DNA from: Xylographa opegraphella
Lineage: Eukaryota
NCBI GenBank assembly: GCA_022813865.1
Contig: JALDZX010000011.1
Span: forward strand, 310,001-374,000
Length of the DNA stretch: 64,000 bases
Direction: 5' to 3'
Part shown: positions 1-11,923 of the stretch, piece by piece
How positions within the stretch are numbered: position 1 is the stretch's first letter
Layout of the letters: each line of letters begins with the position of its first letter
Made by a program: the position numbers and the translations under genes
The notes under the pieces: model-generated
Seen by the model: only the letters and a program-made list of their open reading frames with translations
What the model was told of the DNA's origin: nothing
Databases searched by the model: none

Positions 1-2908
1 CACCCGGTGCAATATCTAGAAGAACCGGCGAAGATGACAGCAGATTGTCATCATCACTAGATATATCACGCGATTTAACATTACCAACCAGGAGCACAGA
101 ATTGGGACTTGGTGTGTTTACTGCAGAAGATGAATATCGGTATTCTTTCCGGAGTTCAGACGGCGTGCTGACATCGTGGCTCTCTTCATTCACATCTAGC
201 GGGGTCACATCCTGGCTCGTCATGTCAATATCTTCATCAGGACTCTGCGCTTCGTGCAGAGAGTCTCGCATGAGGCGCTCATCTTCACTTTCATCACCTT
301 CATCAACGATAAAGTCGTCGAGACCGGAGGAGGAGCTTTCGGTGCCGTCACTGTTATCCGTTTCCAGGTCCTCTTCATCTTCTTGCAAGGACTCTGGTAT
401 ACTTCTATGCTTTCTCACTTTGGGTAGTTTTTCTGCCTGCACACGCTTGTGTGGCGGAGACCTTAGTTCTAGAATACCGATTTTCCATTTCTCGAATTCC
501 CGATCAAAGACGGTCAGTTGCGCTGATTGACATTGCTTCATCACTTTCTCCACTTTGGACCAACGCTCGAGGATGATCTTATCTCTAATACGCTGAAGGT
601 ACTGCTCAAGTCTCGCTATTTCACTGGCGCACCGTTCAATTTGAGCTCTTTTACTCTTATCGCGTCTTGATCTGGTCCATAATCTCCATGCTTTACCGTC
701 AAGCATCGGTAACTTTTTCACTTTCCAGTCAGTGACCAGACGATCCATGGCGCGTTGAATAGCATCTGATACCTCGTCGTTGCTGAGGTGCTTATGCTTG
801 GACACGCCGACTGGTCTCTCCAGCCTTCGTCCTTGTTTAGCTTCTTCCTTCTCAATTTCTTGCCAGGTATCTAGATCGAGTTCACCATCCGAACCTGAAT
901 CTCCATACAATGGTAGCACATCATCGCCATTGGCTCTGTGTCTCCATTTCTCAAGGAAATCCCAATCATGTATCTCGTTCTCACCCAGGTGAGAAAGTAA
1001 AGAATCGTTACCAAGGTCATCAGAAAAATTGGTAGCGGAATGGCTATGGGGAGACTGACTCTTGACCCATGCTGCGCGATTTACCCGCTTTGTAATGAAT
1101 CTTGGACCAGTTCCGGACATCAAAGTCAACGACAGGGGCTGATGACGTCTCACACTCTGGACAACACGTGCTGGGTAAGGAATGATACCATATGAAATTT
1201 CAGATCTTCTATCCAGAAGTATTGGCCCAGGTTGTGAAAGGAAGAATTTCAACCTGTTGCTGACATAAAGCTGAGCGCCGCTTCCAAATGAGTGATGATT
1301 TGAGAGAAACCAGCTGTCGCGCCCATTTGCCGCTTCCTCGCTCTCAAGCGGAAATATCGTGTCTTTTGGCTCATCATAACTGACTGCTGAACCAATGGCA
1401 GTGTCGCCATAGAAGATTTTGTCCACTGGCAGAGCGTCCACCCCTAGATATACATTGGAATATCGTCGTCTTGCAGACTTCAAATTTGCGTCCAACTTTA
1501 CTGTATTCGCGGGGCATTCTTCCAGGCCGCCATTGGAGACAGACATAATCTCATCTTCACCTCGTAAGGACATGATGGACGATATCGACCCGTCTTCCTG
1601 ACCCTCTTCATTTGCCGACTGAGTAATGAGAATAGGCCTCATGCGCTTCCGACCTTGTGCATCGATTTCTATTTTGCCAGGCTCTTTATGATCCGCCGCA
1701 AAATGAGGCATAGTAGCAATCGAATCGTCTCCAATAGGATCAGTCTCCGCACTGATATGCGTGGGAATAGATGGAGTAGCTGTGTTACGTCCGGCATATG
1801 AGGGAAGGTTGTCAAAAGGAAGGTCGGTGGTATCCTTCAGTAGATCCGGAATCTCCTTTTGAATGATAGAGCTTCCTTCCTCCATCACTGCAAAATCATC
1901 TAGAGATTTAAAATCATCGTCGGCAGGAGGCATTGCAGATTCGTTGAGAAGAGGCGCCATGGGTACAACACGTGAATTCTTATCCCCGAGCATGCGCCCA
2001 GAAAGAATTTCTTCCAATCCATGAATACTCGCTTCGGTATTGTCATTTGGTTCAGATTGTTCAAGCAAATCCAACTTTCTTCTCTTGTTGTCAGTACTTT
2101 CCAGAACGTATAACTCTCCATGGTCTCGGTCAGGACCCTCCTCATCTTGCAGTAATTGATTGCGGTGCGTTTGCTCTGCCATACTTTGTTCCTGATATTG
2201 GACATGAGTAGCCTTGTGAGTTTCAACGGTGTTTTTATCTGAAACTTTTCGGTTACTGACTATAATCCTAGAAGCAGCTTGAGCTTCTTCTGGCTGTAAG
2301 GAATCATTGTTTGAATGATCATAGCCACCATTTTCTTGACATTGTGACTGCCGCCACCTCTCAGCAACCCCCTTCGTAGTATCGCCAAAGGATGATCCCA
2401 GCTGTGATACCTGGATTGATCGAGTGTCAGGAGATTGAAGTGGTTCGGCCAGATATCGACGGAGCGGCGGATTCATCGGGTAAGTGAAATTGTTTGATTG
2501 CAGCTGGTGCATGGACCGGTTCTCACCAAAGTTCGAAAGTGGACCATAATTTGATGCTGCTGCACGTGCAGCCTGCTTCATCTGGTAGTTCTGATACTTG
2601 GTGGACTGGTCTTGAAGCTCTGCAATAGTATCAAGGACCGCACACCGAGGTCCGACAGCAGTGAGGCCCATCTTTTGCTCGAGGAAGGCATCATCTACAT
2701 ATCTGAGAAGCACTGAACCCCAGATACTCTGCTCTCGGATAAATTGGATGAGGCTGGTAGGATCTGACGAGTATTGAGGGTTCAATTGCCTCAGAAGACC
2801 GTCTGGAGATGTCAACGTGGTCACAACATCCTCAACTGTCCAATCCCAAGGATCTTGCGCCATTGGTATGGCAAGGTCTCCAGCACTAGCTGCAGGAGAT
2901 GCCATCAT
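1..2908 (-). CDS. Large protein, N-terminal part only (runs off the window start); N-terminal SAM-like domain; probable fungal SNF2-family helicase/ATPase
   Basis: Starts at ATG 2908 (MMASPAASAGDLAIPMAQDPWDWTVEDVV...). The frame was spot-checked at both ends and internally and appears open to position 1; it is absent from the ORF track, consistent with no stop in the window. DPWDWTVEDVV is a SAM-like start, and LPLYGDSGSDGELDLDTWQEIE (~850-920) is a motif I recall from N-termini of large fungal SNF2 proteins. No ATPase motifs were seen inside the window. Confidence 0.6.
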   Translation of the reverse strand, partial: MMASPAASAGDLAIPMAQDPWDWTVEDVVTTLTSPDGLLRQLNPQYSSDPTSLIQFIREQSIWGSVLLRYVDDAFLEQKMGLTAVGPRCAVLDTIAELQDQSTKYQNYQMKQAARAAASNYGPLSNFGENRSMHQLQSNNFTYPMNPPLRRYLAEPLQSPDTRSIQVSQLGSSFGDTTKGVAERWRQSQCQENGGYDHSNNDSLQPEEAQAASRIIVSNRKVSDKNTVETHKATHVQYQEQSMAEQTHRNQLLQDEEGPDRDHGELYVLESTDNKRRKLDLLEQSEPNDNTEASIHGLEEILSGRMLGDKNSRVVPMAPLLNESAMPPADDDFKSLDDFAVMEEGSSIIQKEIPDLLKDTTDLPFDNLPSYAGRNTATPSIPTHISAETDPIGDDSIATMPHFAADHKEPGKIEIDAQGRKRMRPILITQSANEEGQEDGSISSIMSLRGEDEIMSVSNGGLEECPANTVKLDANLKSARRRYSNVYLGVDALPVDKIFYGDTAIGSAVSYDEPKDTIFPLESEEAANGRDSWFLSNHHSFGSGAQLYVSNRLKFFLSQPGPILLDRRSEISYGIIPYPARVVQSVRRHQPLSLTLMSGTGPRFITKRVNRAAWVKSQSPHSHSATNFSDDLGNDSLLSHLGENEIHDWDFLEKWRHRANGDDVLPLYGDSGSDGELDLDTWQEIEKEEAKQGRRLERPVGVSKHKHLSNDEVSDAIQRAMDRLVTDWKVKKLPMLDGKAWRLWTRSRRDKSKRAQIERCASEIARLEQYLQRIRDKIILERWSKVEKVMKQCQSAQLTVFDREFEKWKIGILELRSPPHKRVQAEKLPKVRKHRSIPESLQEDEEDLETDNSDGTESSSSGLDDFIVDEGDESEDERLMRDSLHEAQSPDEDIDMTSQDVTPLDVNEESHDVSTPSELRKEYRYSSSAVNTPSPNSVLLVGNVKSRDISSDDDNLLSSSPVLLDIAPG

Positions 2909-3710
2909 TTTGATTTAGTCAATGACGACGACTGATTGGAGAAGTGAAAAACTTCAATTATTGTAAGGATTCTCATGAATGTAAGCTGGAGTTACTCCAA
3001 TCTACCTGGCCCTCCTCGAGGAAGCAGATTAATCGTAGACCATTGGCTGAGTTGTAGTCAACCGAATGCTGTGGGAGTAGGTAAGGTTGAAAGGAAAAGA
3101 ATGCTAGAAGATGTGTGATGCTTCATAGGCACTAGTTTGGACAGTAGAGACAGTGAATGAAACGCTGGTTAAATGAATCCGCAGTCAGGTGAACCTCAGA
3201 TCATCAGAAATTCGACACGGCTCGCGTACAGCTGTGACGCGCTGTGATAAAAGGATTAAATACTGTAAAGATTGAATTTATCACACCTCGAATCTTACGA
3301 AGATCTAGTCTGATCAGCGGTCCTTAGATTGCAGTGATATGAGGGCCTGCGAATGTAGCTGTACAATTAATATTGAGAGCAAGTGATGGTTGGTTCGAAG
3401 AGGTCTCAACGGCCTCGGTAGCGCCGTCCCGCGTCCAGGTCGCGGACCTACTGTGTAAGGTAAGGTAGGTAAGGTAGTAGCTTGGTATCACGCTAGCTGG
3501 CTTGGCCAGTAGCGCTGAGCACGCTAGAAAAGACGCTTATGCTTACATCGAGTACTCCCACTCTTCAGGTCGGAGACAGCAAATTGAAAGAAGCATCTTG
3601 ACGGCAAAATGTTTACTGCGCAATGGCAACTTGCACTGAATGATTGAAGCCTTCGTGAGATGGAAAGCATGATGGAGGTCTAAAGTATTTCTTCCTGCCT
3701 AACACTTGAG

Positions 3711-5545
<1,835 letters not shown>

Positions 5546-6287
5546 GGCTTGGGCTTTTTGAGTTTGGCATACGGGTAAAGCCTTGGACTTCCGAGATTTA
5601 ACTTTCAATGAGTAGGTACGAATAGGTGACTGTTTAAAGTGAAATAATCGAGCACTCCTCATCACCCCACGACTGAGGCAATCACGATTTCTTCCTCTGT
5701 GCAACCATCGAACCTAATTACGGAGTTTGCAAATAATATACCCGACTCCAAGTCCACTACCTGTACGTCCATACTTCGCCGAGTCTGTGCTCTGGAACAA
5801 AAATTCTCATTCCGTCAACACAAATCATTATTCTACGTACGATGATCTATAGCTAACCCCATTTTCTACCTTACTCTGTCATGTTTGATATCTCTGAATA
5901 TCCGTCCGACGTTCTGTGGCTCATTTCTACTGCCAAAGACCATCCACTTCATCTCCCGAAAGGCATAGGAAAACATAAGGTATAGGCCTTGTAGACATGC
6001 AAGTTAGCAGCTAGATTTCTATTTCAATATCTTTCACAACAGCACTGCCTTAGATCTCAAGCTGCTCTCCGATTCCCATGCTCAACATTGGACATTCAGT
6101 AGGATGAGAAAATGTCTCACAATGACAAGAGAGAATGGCGAAGCACCGCCGCCAAGTGACGAAACTGGTGGCACGTGGGAATATTCGCAATGCTTTCTTA
6201 CATCAGTCACTGAGGTAAAGATCGCTTTCTACTTTGCAGCCACAACGTAGTGACGACAGCTCTATTATTGTTGTAAGTTGTTACACT

Positions 6288-6897
6288 GTATTAGCGTATG
6301 CAATAACCGTGCATTTCCTTGGCGCTCAACTTCCCCCCTCACCCCTCAAAAATTTAATCATGCAATAATTTAAAAATCATTTTCACGGGTTTTTCTCACT
6401 GATTATTCTTATTTAATATAATATTCTTATTATTTATATAGATTTCGCTGCCTCCGTAGGCCCCGCAGCTTTCGCTGAACTCGCTGCCTTCGCTGCTTTC
6501 GTAGCTTTCGTCGTAGCCCTCAGTATTTTTACAGCCCTTACTACCCCCGTAGCCTGCGAAAACTATAAAAACAGCGGGGCCAGCGAGGGCAGCGAGGGCT
6601 ATAGAAGTAGTAAGGGTAGCGGGGGTAATAAAGGCAGCGGGGGTTATAAAGGCAGCGAGGGCAGCGGGGGCAGCGAGGGGCTGCGAGGGCTATAAAGGCA
6701 GCGAGGCAGCGAAGGCTACGAGGGCTGCGGGGGCTGCGAAATCTATATAAATAATAAGAATATTATATTAAATAAGAATAATCAGTGACAAAAACCCGTG
6801 AAAATGATTTTAAAATTATTGCATGATTACATTTTTGAGGGGTGGGGGGGGGAAGTTGAGCGCCAAGGTAATGCACGGTTATTGCATACGCTAATAC
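6288..6897. mobile_element. Non-autonomous foldback/MITE-like element with ~160-bp terminal inverted repeats and inverted arrays of 9-bp repeats
   Basis: 6288-6448 (GTATTAGCGTATGCAATAACCGTGCA...GATTTCGC) is a near-perfect reverse complement of 6736-6897. The interior consists of degenerate 9-mers (TTCGCTGCC-like on the left, GCAGCGAGG-like on the right). Possible TA target-site duplication at 6289-6290 and 6895-6896. No credible coding capacity. Confidence 0.85.
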
Positions 6898-7419
6898 TTT
6901 CCAGAACACTGCGTTGCTCTCAAACTCGTATCAAATGCACGGCCCTCAAAAGCAAAATTTCAGTTCGTCCACCAAATCTCATCCATCATACGTCTTGTGA
7001 GCTTGCCATGATGCTTCTGTCTTGAATCGCTTGTTACTAAATCCATAATTACGTTTTTTTGCTATCAGTCTCAAAAAATATGCACCTGGAGAATGCACTG
7101 TCGATGCACTCTGGTGCAGCCGACTTGAGCAAAGTGTAAACAGAATCGCAGGTGATATTGAGCACAATGATGAAGCTGGGTCGTGTTTCCTCATGCCTTT
7201 ACTCCTATTTTTCCGAATTACGTCCAACTCATTCGGAACCGACCTCGAGCTTTTCATGCATGCGCGTTGACGGCTGAGCTAAACAGCGGCCAATCAATAT
7301 TATTATATTCTTAGTTTGTATAACCTTGGTGAAACTTGTTATTTGAGGGCATGTGCATCTTGCTGAGCCTCGTAATAACACGTCCTGTTCTTCGAGCTGC
7401 TCGTGTCTAACTCTCATAC

Positions 7420-8290
7420 ATGAAGCAAACTGGGCTACGGGTGGTGATATTCAACGTTGTTGTCCTCCTTTCTTTGACCGAGCTACATGCTTCTATTGCA
7501 GTACTGAACGCTAGACGCTACGTGTTTTCGCTGCTGAATAGTTGAGCTGCGGAAGCAGTGACCGCGGATTGCGATGAGCGACAATACCAGATCGGTATCC
7601 GTTGGTATTGTAACAGCAGCTCTTACCACAACTTCCGCAAAATTGATAGCAACACCAGTGCCAGGCATCATATCTCTTGTTACTAATTCAATCTCTACGT
7701 ACATAACCTATATCCCTGAACCAACGGTAAGCGTTGGTATAGCTTAAATTTCAAAGAGAGGACAATACTCACTAGCCATTAAGTCCACATCTGCCTTCAG
7801 CACATTCAAAATTTCATCCAACGACTTCATTTCACCTAGTTTTACTACGTTCACAACTTCCATCGGTGCCTTGGCTTCCAGGTTCACAACGCAATCTTCA
7901 TCTAGCAGCACAATCGCACCACCATCAGTAGCGACTATAACACAGCCATCAAGTTCACTAAGCACCAACGTCAAAGCTGGGATTGGTATCGGTGCAGCTG
8001 CCGGCGCTGTATTGCTTATGCTCTTGGGTGCTTTCTTCAATACAGTCATAAGAAGAAGGGAGCTTAAAGAAGAAAGCTTCACTAGTGACAGGATCGAGCC
8101 GGAATCCCAAGTACAACGGCAAATATCAAGGAAAGAGCTAGATGGGAACAACATACCTGACTGCAACACACCCAGAAAGGAGTTGGATGGGACACATTGG
8201 AAGCGGGAACTCGAAGGCGACACCCCGAAAGGCTTCAGAACAGTGCAAATACAGTCTGTTGCCGAAATCGACACCGCTGGTGCAGATTGA
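7420..8290 (+). CDS. Predicted type I membrane protein: signal peptide, Ser/Thr-rich ectodomain, one TM helix, cytoplasmic ELDG repeats
   Basis: ATG 7420 gives MKQTGLRVVIFNVVVLLSLTELHA (signal-like). Two probable introns join S/T-rich exons to ORF 7871-8290, which has the TM segment KAGIGIGAAAGAVLLMLLGAFF, then RRR and ELDG/ELDG/ELEG/EIDT motifs. First intron boundaries are uncertain. Confidence 0.6.
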
Positions 8291-8956
8291 TTTGCTTCGA
8301 ATCTTATTTCGTGTAATGATGACTCTTGAAGTTTCATCCAAGGCGGATGGAAGGAATCAATGGTAAAAACCGCGTAAAAGCACAACCCCATACAAAGTCA
8401 GAAGTAAGCTTAACACTGATATATTTGGGACTGATAAACTCAAATGCCAAAGTACGTTCATCGGTTCCCTAAGAACTCTTGCTTGCTTGCTTGTACTCTT
8501 TGAAAAGATGCCCTTGCGCATGATGGAACGACTGTGCAATGTCCAGATGAGACTCTTCGTTCGCACCTAACCTATCAAATCCAACGGCGCTGCCAACACT
8601 AATCTGTACGCCGTATAAATTGCAAATAGTTCGCTCACAAAATGGAGTCTCAGGGTATCTATCCCTTCGTCCTTCTATCAAGGTCAAACTTCCGTATACT
8701 CATTTTCGAAATCAGCCCGTTGCACTTCCAATAATCAACAACCCATATCATAACGCCGTTAAATTTAAGCCTAGTAAATATGTTCGTCTCCATACGATTT
8801 TTACTATTCTCTATTGTAATATTATTGAGTGTCTTAATGAATCATTTGCTCCAATCCAGCACACTCCTGTGTTTGGATCCAAAACATACACCCCGATGAC
8901 TTACAGTCAAATCTTCGATGCCCCCCAACAATATATGTTGCTCCTGCCATAAGCTC

Positions 8957-10803
8957 CTAACCAGTGATCGCCGCCTCCCCACCCCCAACCACTCGTCCCC
9001 AGACACTGTCCCACACCCCCCAGGTCGCATCCACAACCCCCCGAACAGTGCCCCTCACCAACCTCTCATCCTCCACCTTCGCTACTTCCTCAATTGCTCT
9101 CTCGTCTTCGCCACGGATCTCCTCCTCAATCTTCAGCCCATCATCCCTAACCCTCCCCTCCACCTCAAAATGACTACTGTACACCACAGCCGCAAACGCC
9201 TCCACCTGCCTTACCCCCTCCATCGCCTGAACGTACTCATTCGGCACGCCGTTTCCAATAGCGTGCGCCTGCCGCGTTATGACGGCGAGAATCGTCGCGA
9301 GCTTGGCCGTTGAGGCTGCAGCGTCGGATATGTCAAGGATTTCGGTGATGCGCTCGGATGGGGAGGACGGGGTGGGCAGAGGAATTTTGAAGGCTTGTGT
9401 GCGGAGGACGTGGTCAGTGAGGTGGGAGAATAGGGTGTCGAGGAGGAGGGTGAGGATGTGTGTTGCGGGAGGGGATTCAATGAGGTCGGAGGTCTCATCG
9501 AGAAGACGGCGGAGGAGGGGCGAAGTTTGAGGAGTGGCGGTGGTGGTTGGGGGCGCTGGGCCGTGCGATGTCACAGTAGCAGACGCTGTGGATGTCGCGG
9601 GATCAGGAGGTGGGAAATCGGAGGAGGACGGTGAGCTGGAAGGCGGGGTGGAAGACATGCCGGATTCATGAAGGACATAGGCCTCTTGGTCAAGCGGCGG
9701 GAGCAGGTATGGAAGCCATTTCTGGGTTCTGAGGGGAGGTTAGCAATGCCATTATGGTTGTGGGGGATTTGGAAGTGTGCCGACCTCCTTTCCTCCTCAG
9801 TAGTACCTTCAACTTTCTTGCGCACTTCTACAATCAGCGACGACAGACGCTCAAGAGATATATCTTCTCGTGGGTTTAGAGGCCCGAAGACCTCCTTGAC
9901 GGTTGCTTCGACTTTCACCATTATATCCCGCCATCCTCGGTGAAGGAGCCACCAGCTGAATGTAAGGAATTTGCGGTTTGTTTCGAAATCATTGCTATAA
10001 GTCTGCTCTGCTCTGTCATCATCGTGGTTTTCGAGACTTATTGTTGAGACGTTAGGTTGGTAGGACGCTAGTGACACGACGCTTGAAAGATAGTTGCGCC
10101 GGCCGAGGAGATTGAGTTGTATTCGCGTAAGAAGAGTGAGGAGACCAAGGGTATACAAGAGAGTGAAGGATCTTGTTATCGCTGAATCCTGTTAGAAGTC
10201 TTTGCTTGACCACAAACGCACCGACAACTTACAACTAATCTTAAGCTCAGTCCATAGTTGAGCCTTGGTCTTTCTTGGCTTTGGCGAACTGTTCTCACCA
10301 TCGGCTGAGGTCGACCCTGCCAACTGACTGGTGTGTAGAAAGCTCTCTGTTTGAAAGCTCGACAGGCTCCTCCCATCGTCCTCTGCTACGCTAGGTGTGC
10401 CCGAGGAGCGTTCTGACGGTGCAAGTTCGGAAGCCCCGACACTCCGACCCAGTCGTTCGGCTTTCTGTTGTTGCAATTCGTGTGTTAGGTTCTCCACTGG
10501 TAAGGCATCAAGTATATTCTCAGCGGCAGTCGGGAGAAGGGCAAGGACGGTGAATGTGCAGTCCTCCTGATTTTGCTCGAAACGGCGCCGCAAGCTTCAT
10601 TGTATTCAGCATGAGGTTTTCGACAATGAAACAACAATGGCGTACTTCTCCCGCGCAATTCGGTCACTCGTTATGCGTTCCCGCGCTTCAGAGATCTTGC
10701 TCAGGATATATTGCCCTGCTATGTACCCGACTCCCAGCACCCCGAAGCTTATGGCGAAAGTGGATCGATTGCGTCGGAGCCATCTCCGTGTGGCGGATAT
10801 CAT
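8957..10803 (-). CDS. PEX3: Peroxin Pex3
   Basis: MISATRRWLRRNRSTFAISFGVLGVGYIAGQY; RRRFEQNQEDCTFTVLALLPT; LLTRIQLNLLGRRNY; FLTFSWWLLHRGW; LLDETSDLIESP; AFAAVVYSS. Spliced from ORFs 10606-10905, 10192-10593, 9571-10158 and 8957-9658. Confidence 0.96.
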
Positions 10804-11222
10804 AGTCAGACTGCCTTCTGCACCAGCGCAGAGATCACTAATCTCGTTGTTGATCAGGAATTCCAAAGGTATATGACACGACGCTGAACGTGTATATTCG
10901 TTCACTGCAATGGCTTTCCATGCACATCATCACGCCCTACCTTACCTATGATCATCTCTCGGCTCGATTGGATGGGCGCGAAGCTAGGATAATCCCTGCA
11001 GCTCCGTGACTGAGGATCGGCGTCTTGGCATCGGGCGGAACAATATTAGGGCGACAGTCTGTGACCGATAACGTGGGGCCTAATAACTCCTGATGGAGGG
11101 GCATGTCACTCGTGTTATGTCTCGCTCACAATAAATGATATCCATCATGTTACGTTTTAGGTTCGATATAAAGATATCTATCTTGCGTGTATCCTTACCT
11201 CAGAGATAAGTGCTGTCATATC

Positions 11223-11923
11223 ATGGAACAACCGCGGCGTCCACTGGAGTACACTCTCGAGGTCTTTGCGGATCCTGCCAGCATCAAAGACGTTGTTCAA
11301 GGTTTGTACTGTCGCCGCAATCCGAATGCTATGTTGATCCACCTTTCAGGCATTCTACATACCATCTTCTTTCAACGCTACTTTCCCAGTCTTCGGCCCT
11401 CTACCATCGAAGTCCTCGACCTCACCCTACCTTTCGTCACCGACCCTGAACTCCAAACCCTTATCGATACGCGCGTCTACCAGCTCGTGCGTCAGTTGTC
11501 ATCAACAACTTCGCCGAACAGCAGCGTGCGCGGCCAGATAGGCGTACAGTTCTTTGAGAGACGGCGGCGCAAAGCAGGCGGCTTAGGATGGTTCACCGGC
11601 GGTACGAAGACCGAAGAGGAGGTATGCTGGGAAATCTGGAGATTGGAGGTCACGTTGGCAACCCCTAAAACCGAAACTGGTAAGCTAGCTACACTGCCAA
11701 GTTGTTACAGGATGTTGATACAACTCCTCATGTAGAGCGCACAAAGGTGACCAAAGCGATGGAGACGACGCTGCAGAAGACGACACTGAAAATCGTGGCA
11801 ATTGCGAATCAAAACAAAGACCATATTCCTCCAATAACCACCAGTGAAACGAACCCCTTTCCCTATCAGATCAATCTCAACCCACGAATCGAAGGGTGGG
11901 GGAAGACGATAGGGATGTACTGA
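11223..11923 (+). CDS. ATG101: Autophagy-related protein 101 (DUF1649, HORMA fold)
   Basis: MEQPRRPLEYTLEVFAD...GILHTIFFQRYF...VQFFERRRRK..GWF...EEVCWEIW...NKDHIPPIT...PFPYQI. Introns at about 11302-11349 and 11680-11735. Confidence 0.9.

Noticed and set aside
3455..3480. GTAAG/GTAG repeats resembling stacked splice donors (also CCTTAC repeats at ~10937 and ~53366)
   Set aside because: Short simple repeats in intergenic DNA with no partner branch or acceptor sites; no function can be supported.
6444..6740. Periodic repeats considered as a CRISPR-like array or coding repeat
   Set aside because: Contiguous 9-bp units without spacers in a eukaryotic context; explained as the internal arrays of the TIR element.
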